A DNA stretch of 55,644 nucleotides from a virus. Taxonomy: Duplodnaviria > Heunggongvirae > Uroviricota > Caudoviricetes. Below are positions 28,841-39,572 of the stretch, one piece after another. Each line of letters opens with the position of its first letter. Position 1 is the stretch's first letter. The stretch lies in IMG/VR virus record IMGVR_UViG_2537561830_000005; one strand, given 5' to 3'. The notes below the pieces were generated by a model. It searched no databases, was not told the DNA's origin, and worked only from the letters and a program-made list of their open reading frames with translations. The position numbers and the translations under genes are program-made.

Positions 28841-29935
28841 ATGAGCAGACCGGACTGGGGGGCGTTGCAGCAGGAGTATATTGCTGAATACACCCGCTCC
28901 GGTATATCTCCGGTGGCATGGTGTGAAGCAAGGGGACTGAACTACGCAACAGCCCGTCGTTACATCAAAAAAACTCCGAAAAATGCGCAGAAAGAAATGC
29001 GCAAAACTGCGCAAAAAAGTGCGCGAAAAAAAACTGCGCAGACTGCGCAAAGGCAGAACAGAAAATCTCAGAAAAAAAAGGCTGTATCCGATGCACTCCT
29101 GATTGAGGGGGACACGGAAGAAATTTCGTTCTGCCCCGATGAATTCGGTATTTCTGACCAGCAGGCAAAATTCGCCATGTTGGTTGCTCAGGGGAAAAAG
29201 CCGACAGAGGCATACCGACTGGCTGGTTATGAGGGGCAAGGTGCGACAGCTAACAGCAACGCCAGCCGTATGCTTAGAAATGCCAGGGTTTATCGTGCTA
29301 TCAGCTACTTCCGCAATCAGTACCAGAAACGCTATACCGCAGACCTGGATTTACTGGTGAGCCAGTTGATGGCCATTGTCCAGGCCGACCCCAATCAGTT
29401 GGCACAATTTCGCCGTGTTAACTGCCGTTATTGCTGGGGCGAGAATCATCTCTACCAGTGGCGTGATATTGCAGAATTCGATAAGGCTGCGGCACAGGCC
29501 TCCAGAGATGGTAAACCCGAGCCGGAATATGGAGGCCTCGGCTTTGTTGATAACGCCATACCCAATCCTGATTGCCCGAAGTGCTGCGGTGAGGGAACAG
29601 GACAGCTTTATATGGCTGATACCACACTGCTTGATGGGGATGCGCGGCAATTATATGCAGGGTCAAAGCTCGGAAAATACGGTGTTGAGATCCTGCTGGA
29701 GGATAAGGCTGCCGCCCGGCGTGAATTGTTGCGTTTGCTTTCTGCTGGCGGGGCATTATGTGCAGATAAGCGGCTACAGGAACTGGAAATTGAACGGCGC
29801 AGAATAGAGAACCAGAAGCTGCGCAAAGAGATCGAAACGGTGGAGGATAATGAACATCCCCAGCCTGTGGCGATCAATATTAATGTGGTTGATGCCAGAT
29901 TAAGGAGTGATGAAGATGATCTCTCCGACGCTTAA
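28841..29935 (+). CDS. putative terminase small subunit (HTH N-terminus, Cys-rich C-terminus)
   Basis: 364-aa ORF immediately upstream of and overlapping the large terminase; motifs CRYCWG and CPKCCGEG. Confidence 0.55.
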   Translation: MSRPDWGALQQEYIAEYTRSGISPVAWCEARGLNYATARRYIKKTPKNAQKEMRKTAQKSARKKTAQTAQRQNRKSQKKKAVSDALLIEGDTEEISFCPDEFGISDQQAKFAMLVAQGKKPTEAYRLAGYEGQGATANSNASRMLRNARVYRAISYFRNQYQKRYTADLDLLVSQLMAIVQADPNQLAQFRRVNCRYCWGENHLYQWRDIAEFDKAAAQASRDGKPEPEYGGLGFVDNAIPNPDCPKCCGEGTGQLYMADTTLLDGDARQLYAGSKLGKYGVEILLEDKAAARRELLRLLSAGGALCADKRLQELEIERRRIENQKLRKEIETVEDNEHPQPVAININVVDARLRSDEDDLSDA

Positions 29936-31217
29936 TGTGCCTCAGGCGCGATTTCTTTCAATGCCCCATAAATTTAAAGCCTATATTGCTGGTTTTGGCT
30001 CGGGCAAAACATGGGTTGGGTGTGGCGGCATATGCAAGGGGATTTGGGAGCATCCAGGTATAAATCAGGGATATTTTGCGCCAACGTATCCCCAAATTCG
30101 CGATATTTTTTACCCTACAGTGGAAGAAGTTGCTGCTGACTGGGGATTGAACGTAAAAATTAATGAGGGAAATAAAGAGGTTCACTTTTATTACGGACGC
30201 CAGTATCGGGGAACCACTATCTGCAGATCGATGGAGAAGCCACAAACGATCGTCGGTTTCAAAATTGGTAATGCGCTGGTGGATGAACTGGACATTTTGC
30301 CGAAGGAAAAAGCCAGAACGGCGTGGCGCAAGATAATTGCGCGTATGCGTTATAAGATTGATGGACTTCGCAACGGTATTGACGTTACAACCACGCCGGA
30401 AGGATTCAAATTTGTCTACGAGCAGTTTGTTAAAGCCGTGCGTGAAAAAACAGATCTGGCCTCACTGTATGGTCTGGTGCAGGCATCTACTTTCGATAAT
30501 GAAAAGAACCTGCCAGCAGATTACATTCCTTCACTTCTTGAATCATACCCTCCAGAGCTGATTAAAGCCTATCTTCTAGGACGGTTTACTAACCTGACAA
30601 GTGGTACTGTTTACCATCAGTTTGACCGGAAACTGAATAATTGCGAAGAAGTGGAGCAGCCAGGGGAGCCGATTTATATTGGGATGGATTTTAACGTTGG
30701 AAAGATGGCGGGAATCGTCCATGTGCTGCGTTTGGGGCTTCCATGTGCGGTAACTGAAATCATCAATGCCTACGATACGCCGGATATGATCCGCCTCATT
30801 AAAGAACGCTTCTGGCTGTATGACGGGCATGATTACCGGAAAGTGAGGGAGATTTATATTTATCCAGATGCTTCCGGAGATTCCAGAAAATCAAGTAACG
30901 CAAGTACGACGGATATAGCCCAGCTTAAGCAGGCAGGTTTTAACGTTGTGGTGAACAGCTCGAACCCGCCAGTAAAAGATCGCGTTAACTCAATGAATGC
31001 AATGTTCTGCAATGCCAATGGTGAGCGTCGCTATAAAGTTAATGTGAAGCGTTGTCCGGTATATGCCGAATCTCTGGAGCAACAGGTCTGGGATGATAAG
31101 GGGGAGCCTGATAAAAAATCTGGCAATGATCACCCGAATGATGCCGGAGGTTATTTCATCGTTAAGCAATTCCCTATTGTCAAACCGACCGGAAGAGTCA
31201 CATCACTTCGGATTTAA
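29916..31217 (+). CDS. terminase large subunit
   Basis: Walker A GFGSGKT near the N-terminus; start taken at ATG 29916, 9 nt after TAAGGAG. Confidence 0.85.
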   Translation: MISPTLNVPQARFLSMPHKFKAYIAGFGSGKTWVGCGGICKGIWEHPGINQGYFAPTYPQIRDIFYPTVEEVAADWGLNVKINEGNKEVHFYYGRQYRGTTICRSMEKPQTIVGFKIGNALVDELDILPKEKARTAWRKIIARMRYKIDGLRNGIDVTTTPEGFKFVYEQFVKAVREKTDLASLYGLVQASTFDNEKNLPADYIPSLLESYPPELIKAYLLGRFTNLTSGTVYHQFDRKLNNCEEVEQPGEPIYIGMDFNVGKMAGIVHVLRLGLPCAVTEIINAYDTPDMIRLIKERFWLYDGHDYRKVREIYIYPDASGDSRKSSNASTTDIAQLKQAGFNVVVNSSNPPVKDRVNSMNAMFCNANGERRYKVNVKRCPVYAESLEQQVWDDKGEPDKKSGNDHPNDAGGYFIVKQFPIVKPTGRVTSLRI

Positions 31218-31219
31218 TT

Positions 31220-32626
31220 ATGGCTGATATATCAACACCCAACCTCGACTATAACGATATGCTGGAGGCGTGGGATATTAACGACGCATTGATGGGCGGT
31301 ACGCTTGAAATGCGCAGGCAGGGGGAAAATTATCTCCCCAAATGGCCTAATGAAGATGAAGACGCTTATAAAAAACGCCTGTCTGTGGCTACGTTACTTC
31401 CTGTGTATGAAGAAAGCATCAAACAAAATATTGGGCGCATATTTGCAGAGCCGACAGTATTGAGTGAGGAAACGCCGGAAAAAATCAGGGAATATGCAGA
31501 AAATATCGACATGGAGGGGAGCCGACTGGATGTGTGGGCGCAGCAATTTTTCAGTCTCGCATTTCAGTATGGTGTGGCACATGCGCTGGTGGACTATCCA
31601 CGAACGGATATGAACGAGATTCGGACAAAAGCCGATGAAAACGCGGCCGGTGGTCGCCCGTACGTTACGATGCTGAATCCACGCCAGGTTATTGGATGGA
31701 AATCGAAAGTTGAAAAAGGGAAAGTTGTTCTCACTGATTTGCGTATAAAAGAGGTCATCATTATTGATGGTGATGATTTCGGGCAGAAGAAGGTGGAGCA
31801 GATCCGCCATATTATGCCCCGTCGAGTAGAAATTTATCGACGCAGCGAAGGTACTAATGGCGAATCTGTCTGGATGCTTCATGAGTCATGGAATACCAGC
31901 CGTGATGATATTCCTCTGGTAACACTGTATACGAAGAAAACAGGGTTTATGCGTGGTACACCGCCATTGCTTAATCTTGGCTTGCTGAATATCAAGCACT
32001 GGCAAAGCCAGAGCGAGCAGGACAATATTCTTCATGTTGCCCGCGTTCCATTGCTGGTGGCCTACGGGCTGGACAGGAATGAAGAACTGACGGTTGGTGC
32101 ATCCACGGCTACGATTTTTGAGGACAGAACAAAAAATGGCCTCGAATATGTTGAACATAGTGGCGCAGCGATAGAATCTGGCGAAACATCACTTGAGAAG
32201 CTGGAAAATCAGATGCGTCATGCCGGCGCTAAACTTCTGCGGGCTGAAAATACATCCACCAAATCTGTTGATCAGACTAATGAAGAGCGGATGCAGGAAC
32301 ACTCGCCGCTTTATACAATGGCGAACTCCCTCGAAGATGCCCTCGATAATATTCTCCAGATAATGGCGGAATGGAGCGGAGAGAGTTGCGGTGGCAATGT
32401 GGATGTGCGCACTGAACTGGATGTATCTGCCCAGGTGTTTGACTCATCCTCCGCGCTGGCTGTTCAGTCATTGCGTCAGGGCGGTGATATACGTCAGATT
32501 GATGCGGTTCGGGTGTTGCAGGCGTTGAAATTTATCGATCAGGATTCCCGTCCAGAGGATGTGATCGATGAATTAAAAAATCAGAGTGTAATGTTGATGG
32601 AAATCAATGATGCAAACCGTGAATGA
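31220..32626 (+). CDS. portal protein
   Basis: 468-aa ORF directly after the large terminase; assigned by size and order. Confidence 0.75.
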   Translation: MADISTPNLDYNDMLEAWDINDALMGGTLEMRRQGENYLPKWPNEDEDAYKKRLSVATLLPVYEESIKQNIGRIFAEPTVLSEETPEKIREYAENIDMEGSRLDVWAQQFFSLAFQYGVAHALVDYPRTDMNEIRTKADENAAGGRPYVTMLNPRQVIGWKSKVEKGKVVLTDLRIKEVIIIDGDDFGQKKVEQIRHIMPRRVEIYRRSEGTNGESVWMLHESWNTSRDDIPLVTLYTKKTGFMRGTPPLLNLGLLNIKHWQSQSEQDNILHVARVPLLVAYGLDRNEELTVGASTATIFEDRTKNGLEYVEHSGAAIESGETSLEKLENQMRHAGAKLLRAENTSTKSVDQTNEERMQEHSPLYTMANSLEDALDNILQIMAEWSGESCGGNVDVRTELDVSAQVFDSSSALAVQSLRQGGDIRQIDAVRVLQALKFIDQDSRPEDVIDELKNQSVMLMEINDANRE

Positions 32627-33722
32627 ACGGCTGCGTGATGAATCAATTGCTCATGCAGTCTGGATATCCCGCTATAGCACTGGTGTGGCTGCCAGAATGG
32701 TGAAAATACTGAATGACAGCGATGCGGAGCTTACAGCTCGCCTGCTGGTAGCACTGGACAGCCTCGATCCTGGTAGTTTTACCGTTACGCGCCTGGAGTC
32801 ACTTCTGGCGAGTGTCAGAGAGGTTAACCGCGCTGCTATTAACAGCATGTTTACCAGTCTCTCCGGAGAGCTGAACGAGCTGGCAATTTATGAGGCTGGT
32901 TATCAGTTAAGTCTGTTTGATTCTCTGCTACCTGATTTTGTTGCTGATGTTCACCCTCTGGTTGGTATATCTTCTGATGCACTTTACGCCGCTGCAATGG
33001 CGCGACCATTCCAGGGACGACTGCTCAGTGAGTGGGCCTTGGATCTTGAGGCGGATCGGCTCAGACGCATAACAAATACGGTGCGTCAGGGTTTTTTGCT
33101 GGGGGATACCAATGAGCAGATCGCAAGAAAAATTCGGGGACATGTCAGCAAGGGATTTCAGGATGGTGCATTGCAGATGAGCCGGGCTAATGCGGCCAGC
33201 ATTGCAAAAACAGCGGTTGGACATCTTGCTGCTACTGCCCGTGAGAGTTTTGCCAGCGCGAATAATGATTTGATTAAGGGTAAGCAATGGTTATCAACGC
33301 TTGATAATCGTACTACGCCACAATGTCGAATCAGGGATCGCCTCAAATATACGCTGGATAATAAACCTGTAGGTCACAGTGTGCCTTATTTGCATGGGCC
33401 GGGAAAAATTCATTTCTGCTGCCGCTCAACGGAAACGTTCATTCTGAAATCAGCGAAGGAACTGGGTATTGATGTTCGTGATATTTCCCCGGCTGAGCGG
33501 GCCAGCATGGATGGCGTGGTGGCCGGAGATACAACCTACAGGGAATGGTTTTTGCGTCAGCCTTACACCAGACAAAAACAGATTGTGGGGGAAACCCGGG
33601 CAAAGCTGATTCGGGATGGCGGTATGTCGCCAGATGAATTTTACACCGATAAAGGCGAATGGCTGACGCTGAAGCAACTCCGTGAGCGTGATGCACAGGT
33701 ATTCAGAAAAGCAGGGATTTAA
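32607..33722 (+). CDS. head morphogenesis / minor capsid protein (SPP1 gp7-like)
   Basis: 371-aa ORF after portal, overlapping it by 20 nt. Confidence 0.7.
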   Translation: MMQTVNERLRDESIAHAVWISRYSTGVAARMVKILNDSDAELTARLLVALDSLDPGSFTVTRLESLLASVREVNRAAINSMFTSLSGELNELAIYEAGYQLSLFDSLLPDFVADVHPLVGISSDALYAAAMARPFQGRLLSEWALDLEADRLRRITNTVRQGFLLGDTNEQIARKIRGHVSKGFQDGALQMSRANAASIAKTAVGHLAATARESFASANNDLIKGKQWLSTLDNRTTPQCRIRDRLKYTLDNKPVGHSVPYLHGPGKIHFCCRSTETFILKSAKELGIDVRDISPAERASMDGVVAGDTTYREWFLRQPYTRQKQIVGETRAKLIRDGGMSPDEFYTDKGEWLTLKQLRERDAQVFRKAGI

Positions 33723-33742
33723 ATAAATCATTTATTACAACA

Positions 33743-33770
33743 GGCTACCTTCGGGTGGCCTTTTTTATTG
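33743..33770 (+). terminator. hairpin terminator after the head morphogenesis gene
   Basis: GGCTACC-TTCG-GGTGGCC followed by TTTTTTATT. Confidence 0.5.
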
Positions 33771-33826
33771 CTGCGATCCGGATGGTGAGCAGCGTAACTG
33801 TCGGAAGACTTAAACCAGGTACTAAT

Positions 33827-34591
33827 ATGAAACTGAAAACGGTCGAGATTAACGGAAAACAATACGCAGAAATTGATACTGCTGGCCTGCCAGTTTATGT
33901 GCACGACGATGGTAAAGAAATCGGCTTCGATGCACCGCTGGCGATAAAAAAAATTACAGAGCTTAATGGCGAGGCAAAAAATCATCGCCTGGCTAAAGAA
34001 GCTGCAGAGGAAAAACTGGCTAAGTTTGCCGCTATCGAAGACCCGAAGAAGGCGATCGAGGCACTGGAAATGCTGTTAAAAATCGACCAGAAAAAGCTGA
34101 TCGATGCGGGACAGGTTGACCAGGTTAAGGCAGAAATTACGAAAAATTTTCAGCAGCAATTAGATGAAGAAAAGCAACGCTCTCAGATGCTGGAGACGCA
34201 GCTTTACGATTCTATGATTGGCGGTAGTTTTGCGGGTTCAAAATATATTGCCGATAAAATTGCGATCCCGGCAGATTTATTACAAGCCCGCTTCGGGCAG
34301 GCATTCAAAGTGGAAGAAGGGAAGATCGTTGCTTATGACGCTTCCGGCAACAAAATTTATTCCCGCGCGAAGCCTGGCGAACTGGCGCAGTTTGATGAGG
34401 CGCTGGAGTTCCTTGTCGAAAATTACCCTCAGAAAGACTACATCCTGAAAGCCAGTGGCAACAATGGCGGCGGCTCCCGTCCGACACAGCATGATATTGG
34501 TCAGAAAACGATGAAACGCTCTGCTTTTGATGCACTGGATGTTGCAGGTAAGCAAAACGCATTGAAAGACGGTATCACAATCGTTGATTAA
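33827..34591 (+). CDS. putative scaffolding protein
   Basis: Charged, coiled-coil-rich product just upstream of the major capsid gene; alternative ATG at 33782. Confidence 0.55.
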   Translation: MKLKTVEINGKQYAEIDTAGLPVYVHDDGKEIGFDAPLAIKKITELNGEAKNHRLAKEAAEEKLAKFAAIEDPKKAIEALEMLLKIDQKKLIDAGQVDQVKAEITKNFQQQLDEEKQRSQMLETQLYDSMIGGSFAGSKYIADKIAIPADLLQARFGQAFKVEEGKIVAYDASGNKIYSRAKPGELAQFDEALEFLVENYPQKDYILKASGNNGGGSRPTQHDIGQKTMKRSAFDALDVAGKQNALKDGITIVD

Positions 34592-34689
34592 CACATTTGT
34601 CAGCTTCCGGATGGGAGCTGGTGTCAGGGCTGGATAGCTCATTACTCCATCTATTCACAATTACGCAAATTTTTAAGGAATATTTAATT

Positions 34690-35829
34690 ATGGCTGGAAA
34701 TACCCTGACCGGGTTGATCCCGACTATTTATACCGCCCTGGATGTTGTATCCCGTGAGCAGGTAGGTTTTATCCCTGCGGTAGCAAAAAACGTAAAAGCT
34801 GACGCCGCAGCAAAAGATCAGACGGTAACCGCGCCAGTTGCGCCTGAGGCGAAAACCGAAGATATCGTACCGGGGCCGTCAGCTCCGAATACCGGTGATC
34901 AAAATATTGGCACTGTTGATGTAAAAATTACTAAATCCAAAATGGCACCGGTTAAATGGAATGGTGAAGAACAACTGGCTCTTGGCCCTTCAGGGACTTA
35001 CAACACCATTCTGGCTGATCAGTTCAAGCAGGCTTTTCGCGCCCTTGCAAACGAGGTTGAGGCTGATCTTGGTGCGTTGTATTTCGGTGCTTCCCGCGCC
35101 GTGGGAACCGCAGGGACAACGCCGTTTGGTGTTAAAGATGATCTTTCTGATGCTGCTCTGGCTCGTCAGGTTCTGGAGGATAACGGCGCACCGACAACCG
35201 ATCTGCAGATGGTGCTTGGCTCCACTGCCATTGCTAATTTGCGCGGAAAACAGTCTGTATTGTTTAAAGTGAATGAATCCGGCACTGAACAGCTACTGCG
35301 TGAGGGCGTGTTGGGGCGTCTGGAGGGATTCAATATTCACAGTTCGGCAGGTGTGAAACGAGCGCCAAAGGTTGCTGCAACTGGTTATCTCGTGAATGGA
35401 GAGAAAAAAGAAGGCGATGTTCTTATTTCCATTGATACTGGTTCGGGGAGTATTTCTGCAGGTCAGATTGTTACGTTCGCTGGTGATCCGAATCAGTATG
35501 TTGTGGCAGCAGCGACCAGCAATCTGATTACTCTTGCAGCGCCCGGACTGCGTCAGGATCTGGCCGATGATACTGCCATCACAGTTGTTGGGGCCTTTAC
35601 GGCAAATATGGCGTTTGATCGCAACGCGTTTCTGCTGGCATCCCGTACTCCGGCAATGCCGGAAGGTGGCGATAATGCTGATGATGTAATGAATGTTACG
35701 GACCCGATTTCAGGGATTACGTTCCAGATTGCACTGTATCGTCAGTATCGCCAGGTGCGCTATGAAGTTGGACTGGCATGGGGTGTTTCATCAGTGAAGC
35801 CGGCACATGGTTGTCTGATTCTTGGTTAA
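34690..35829 (+). CDS. major capsid protein
   Basis: 379-aa product from ATG 34690 with AAGGAA RBS; position after scaffold. Confidence 0.7.
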   Translation: MAGNTLTGLIPTIYTALDVVSREQVGFIPAVAKNVKADAAAKDQTVTAPVAPEAKTEDIVPGPSAPNTGDQNIGTVDVKITKSKMAPVKWNGEEQLALGPSGTYNTILADQFKQAFRALANEVEADLGALYFGASRAVGTAGTTPFGVKDDLSDAALARQVLEDNGAPTTDLQMVLGSTAIANLRGKQSVLFKVNESGTEQLLREGVLGRLEGFNIHSSAGVKRAPKVAATGYLVNGEKKEGDVLISIDTGSGSISAGQIVTFAGDPNQYVVAAATSNLITLAAPGLRQDLADDTAITVVGAFTANMAFDRNAFLLASRTPAMPEGGDNADDVMNVTDPISGITFQIALYRQYRQVRYEVGLAWGVSSVKPAHGCLILG

Positions 35830-35837
35830 ACATTCAA

Positions 35838-35860
35838 ACGGGGCTTCGGCCCCATTTTTA
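35838..35860 (+). terminator. hairpin terminator after the capsid gene
   Basis: GGGGC-TTCG-GCCCC followed by ATTTTTA. Confidence 0.5.
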
Positions 35861-35871
35861 ATGGGGGGCAT

Positions 35872-36048
35872 ATGGCCGGATTAACTAAAGAGCAAAGAGC
35901 ACAGCGTGAAGCCGCACAAAAAACGCAAATTGAGTTAGTGGTTATGGTGACCGATTATCAGATGTTTCCCGGCGCACCAACTATCGCTAATGTTCATCCT
36001 GATGAAGTTGACAACTGGAAGGCTATGGGCTGGAAAACTCAGGAGTAA
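35872..36048 (+). CDS. small head-region protein, 58 aa
   Basis: Hand-translated ORF MAGLTKEQRAQREAAQKTQ..., not in the track. Confidence 0.4.
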   Translation: MAGLTKEQRAQREAAQKTQIELVVMVTDYQMFPGAPTIANVHPDEVDNWKAMGWKTQE

Positions 36049-36051
36049 CAC

Positions 36052-36447
36052 ATGATCACTTACGTGACCTGTGATGACGTTGATAATGCGTTTGGGAACG
36101 CCTGGACGAGTGAGAACGCTAAAAATAAAGCTGTTTTAATGGCTAATGCCTGGCTTAATGGCTTCAACCTGAAAATTAACCCATCCCGTATTCCGGAAGA
36201 GGTAAAACTTGCGGGAGCATATGCAGCCAGAATTGCCTCATTCGGTAAGTTGTTTCAGCAGAAAAATGATTCTGGCGTTGTTATCAGTAAAGCCGTGTCG
36301 GCTGACGGGGTCAGTGTATCGAAATCATTTTCTGAGTTGCCAGCAAACAGCACTGCATTGCTTGAACCCGATTTACAGCTTGCGATAGCACTGCTGAAAC
36401 CGTACGGACTTAGTCGCTCACAAGTCAGGGTTGTGAGGGGGGGATAA
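36052..36447 (+). CDS. head-tail connector / head completion protein
   Basis: First of four tightly packed ~130-aa ORFs with overlapping stop/start codons between capsid and tail tube. Confidence 0.55.
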   Translation: MITYVTCDDVDNAFGNAWTSENAKNKAVLMANAWLNGFNLKINPSRIPEEVKLAGAYAARIASFGKLFQQKNDSGVVISKAVSADGVSVSKSFSELPANSTALLEPDLQLAIALLKPYGLSRSQVRVVRGG

Positions 36448-36830
36448 TGGGGCTTCGTGAAGAGATTCAGTCAGAGGTTGCCGCTGCTTTTGATGAGGAT
36501 TTAGCGGACGCCGTGAGTGATTTTTCTGGTTCTTACGTTACGCACCGGCACTGGGATCCTGTGACGGAAACTGGCGGCGAATCCACCGCAATCTATACCG
36601 GGCGAGGCGTGTTGACACGTTATAAGCTGGGCAGAATTGATGGGATTAATATTTTGCATGGTGACCTTAAATTAACCGCTCTGGTATGCGAGGTTACGGA
36701 TAAACCAGCTGTCGACCATATTATTGAGATTTATGATCCTGTATCAAGGCAGTTACAACGATACGAGGTAATTACAGCAAGTGTAGATCCTTCCGCATCA
36801 GTTTACTCTATCCAGTTAAGGAGAGCGTAA
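36447..36830 (+). CDS. head-tail adaptor protein
   Basis: 127-aa ORF in the head-tail joining block. Confidence 0.55.
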   Translation: MGLREEIQSEVAAAFDEDLADAVSDFSGSYVTHRHWDPVTETGGESTAIYTGRGVLTRYKLGRIDGINILHGDLKLTALVCEVTDKPAVDHIIEIYDPVSRQLQRYEVITASVDPSASVYSIQLRRA

Positions 36831-37211
36831 ATGGCAAAGGCATGGGATATAGAACCGTCAATATTTGCCGGGATGATTGAGGAAGATGTAGGGCTGAAGA
36901 TTCGCTACATCGCTATTCAGATTCTTACTGCTATTGATATTGCTGCTCCGGTTGATACCGGACGTTTCAGAAATAACAACCTGGTGTCGTTACAGCATCC
37001 CGATTTTGGTATATCTGATAACGTGGATCCGAACGGTACGATTGCTGTTCAGCGTGGGATCGGGGTTATTTCGAAAGCTGCAAATTACGGAGTTATTTAT
37101 ATCCAGAATAACCTTCCTTATGCAGAGGCTCTTGAAAACGGTCATTCACAACAAGCGCCAACTGGCGTGTATGCCAACGCTTTTCATGGTGTTTTACAGG
37201 CTTACAAATGA
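36831..37211 (+). CDS. neck / tail completion protein
   Basis: 126-aa ORF with GGAGAG RBS in the head-tail joining block. Confidence 0.55.
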   Translation: MAKAWDIEPSIFAGMIEEDVGLKIRYIAIQILTAIDIAAPVDTGRFRNNNLVSLQHPDFGISDNVDPNGTIAVQRGIGVISKAANYGVIYIQNNLPYAEALENGHSQQAPTGVYANAFHGVLQAYK

Positions 37212-37600
37212 CGTTTACTGAAATCAGAAATACGGTTATTTCCAGAATGACGGCACAGACGATTATTGATGGAAAAGACGTATTGTATCCGAACGCGCCA
37301 ACGTTCGATCCTTCCGGTAAGTTAATCTGGGCGCGGTTAAGTAATATTCCCGGGCAGGCTGGAGTTAATGAAATTGGCGCGGGGCCGATTGTTTATCGCA
37401 CGGGGATAATCATTATTCAGTTATTTGTCCCCGCAGGTTCTGGTTCAAAACTCATTACTGAGACAGCCGATAAATTGCGGGAACTGTTTGAGTTTCAGGA
37501 TGACGATCGTCTCAGTTACCAGGCTGTTTCCTCAATAGCCGTTGGCGAAAAGAATGGCTGGTTCCAGCTTAATCTTCAAATTCCATATCGCGCGCTCTAG
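37208..37600 (+). CDS. tail terminator-like protein
   Basis: 130-aa ORF with ATGA overlap to the previous gene. Confidence 0.55.
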   Translation: MTFTEIRNTVISRMTAQTIIDGKDVLYPNAPTFDPSGKLIWARLSNIPGQAGVNEIGAGPIVYRTGIIIIQLFVPAGSGSKLITETADKLRELFEFQDDDRLSYQAVSSIAVGEKNGWFQLNLQIPYRAL

Positions 37601-37626
37601 CGCAATTAATGACATAGGAGGCTCCT

Positions 37627-38589
37627 GTGAGTTCAGGTGCAAAGGTTATCTCGGCATTTATCCGGGAGACGGTTGCAGGCACTACGCCAGCAAGTGGTGA
37701 CTGGAGTTTATTAAAACGCACAAGCTGGGGAGTAAAACCCACCCAGAATAAAGGCGAAAATAATGAGATTGGTGGCTCCCGGATGGCTCAGGGGGCGACG
37801 CCTGGCACTGTGGATGTCGGCGGTGATGTTGGTACCAAATTTCGCTGGGGTCAACATGATGATTTTCTTGCATCCTGTTTCGGCGCGGAATGGTCAGGCG
37901 ATTCTCTGACAATGGGGAATGAGCGAATAACATTTTCTCTGGCGACCTATGCGTCCGATGTCGGAATTGCCTCTGTCGTCAGAGGAGCGCAGGTTGGCTC
38001 ATGGAAAATGCAGATCCCTAACGACGGCGATATTACAGCGACCGTAACCTTTGCCGGACTGGACTGGGAATCAAAGGCCGATGATACGAATTTTATCAAA
38101 GGCGAACCTGTGGATAGTGCAGGAAAGCTACGTTATTCGTTTAAGGAGGTTTCAGCAGTAAGCCTGAATGGTGTTGCCGGAGGTAACGGTTTTTGTATCG
38201 ACAGTTTTGATATTCAGTTCGATAACAAACTCCAGACACAGCGTTGTATCGGGACTGGCTCGCCTTATGCAGGAGCAAATATTCCGACTACTTTTACACC
38301 GTCCGGTACGGTGACGCTTTCATGGTCTAAAGCCGCGTGGGAAATCTGGAGTAAAACACTGACTGGAGAAACAGTTCCGTTCAGCTTCACGCTTTCGAAT
38401 GGAGAGGGGGCATACACTTTCAGTTTCCCGAAGGTTCAGGTGTCAGGTGAATGGCCTGATGGGGGTAATAGCGACATTATCCAGGTTCAATTGAGCATTA
38501 CCGCAGCAGATGAAGCACCTACGATAACCAGAAAAAAAAATTCCCCGGCTGCCGTGATCGCAAAAGCCAGTGCTGAGGCGATTAGTTGA
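37627..38589 (+). CDS. major tail (tube) protein
   Basis: 320-aa ORF, GTG start 7 nt after TAGGAGG; directly before the chaperone pair. Confidence 0.65.
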   Translation: MSSGAKVISAFIRETVAGTTPASGDWSLLKRTSWGVKPTQNKGENNEIGGSRMAQGATPGTVDVGGDVGTKFRWGQHDDFLASCFGAEWSGDSLTMGNERITFSLATYASDVGIASVVRGAQVGSWKMQIPNDGDITATVTFAGLDWESKADDTNFIKGEPVDSAGKLRYSFKEVSAVSLNGVAGGNGFCIDSFDIQFDNKLQTQRCIGTGSPYAGANIPTTFTPSGTVTLSWSKAAWEIWSKTLTGETVPFSFTLSNGEGAYTFSFPKVQVSGEWPDGGNSDIIQVQLSITAADEAPTITRKKNSPAAVIAKASAEAIS

Positions 38590-38637
38590 TTTTCCGTTAT
38601 TCCTCCTGTGGTACTGCCCTACAGGGGGACGCATTGA

Positions 38638-39099
38638 ATGAGGTTATGGATGTTTATTCTTAATCAGAAAATTATCATTGGTGTAGAACGCTGGTTTACG
38701 CCAATGAAGGACTTAAAACCTGTAGACGGGTTAAAACTGTTGGTGGCAAGCAGCGATAACGATCAGTATCGCTCCCGTAATGCATTAATCCGTCGCCACA
38801 TTGAGAAAATGGATGCCAGTTTGCACGTCGGAACGAAGGAGTTTGATATTTCAAAGGTTTCCGAGGTGGATTCTGTTGATGATTTACTCATTGATAATGC
38901 CGCTCGTTATCTGCTGAAAGACTGGAAAGGGGTTGGTGAACTGGTTAATGGTGTTGAGGTTGCACTGGAATATACGGCAGAACGAGGGATCGCGCTGCTT
39001 AAGCAGAATCCAGAGTTGTACTGGCAGATCCTTGCAGAAGCAGCCAGCATCGCCCAGGGTAAAGAGCAGCAGAAGCAGGATACGATAAAAAAGCCATAG
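38638..39099 (+). CDS. tail assembly chaperone (gpG-like)
   Basis: 153-aa ORF ending just after the slippery heptamer A AAA AAG at 39087-39093. Confidence 0.7.
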   Translation: MRLWMFILNQKIIIGVERWFTPMKDLKPVDGLKLLVASSDNDQYRSRNALIRRHIEKMDASLHVGTKEFDISKVSEVDSVDDLLIDNAARYLLKDWKGVGELVNGVEVALEYTAERGIALLKQNPELYWQILAEAASIAQGKEQQKQDTIKKP

Positions 39100-39407
39100 C
39101 TGCCCAGCGGTGGTTATCGGAGTTCGGGGGAGAAAGGGGGGAAAAGGCAAGATGGAAGCGAGAAAAACTCAGGTTGCCACCGATACCGGAACCAGAAATA
39201 GACCCGGTGCTTAAGGAGTTGTTGTACGCCTATTCGGTAATATCCCGTGCCCGACGTTATGCTGGAATGGCTGGGGTGCCTTTGCCTTTATCTCTGACAG
39301 AGATAAATGAATATTTAACCACTCATCCGGTATTGATTGAGCGCGATGAATTTGAAGCAGTGATCTTTGCACTGGATGACCAGTATTTTCAGGAGCAGTG
39401 TGTGTAG
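38638..39407 (+). CDS. tail assembly chaperone fusion (gpGT-like) via -1 ribosomal frameshift
   Basis: The -1 frame after the slippery site is open and in frame with track ORF 39174..39407. Confidence 0.55.
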
Positions 39408-39528
39408 TTGTTAATTACGTACACTCTGTTACAGAGATGTGATGGTGTCTTTAATTAAATCGATGATGCTCCTGGAGAAAAGCATTGCGTGGCCTCGTAA
39501 TCGCTATATCTACTATTATGTCGCCTGA

Positions 39529-39556
39529 AACCCACTTCGCGGTGGGTTTTTTGTTG
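39529..39556 (+). terminator. hairpin terminator between chaperone and tape-measure genes
   Basis: ACCCAC-TTCGCG-GTGGGT followed by TTTTTTGTTG. Confidence 0.45.
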
Positions 39557-39572
39557 TCAGGAGTTTTAATAA

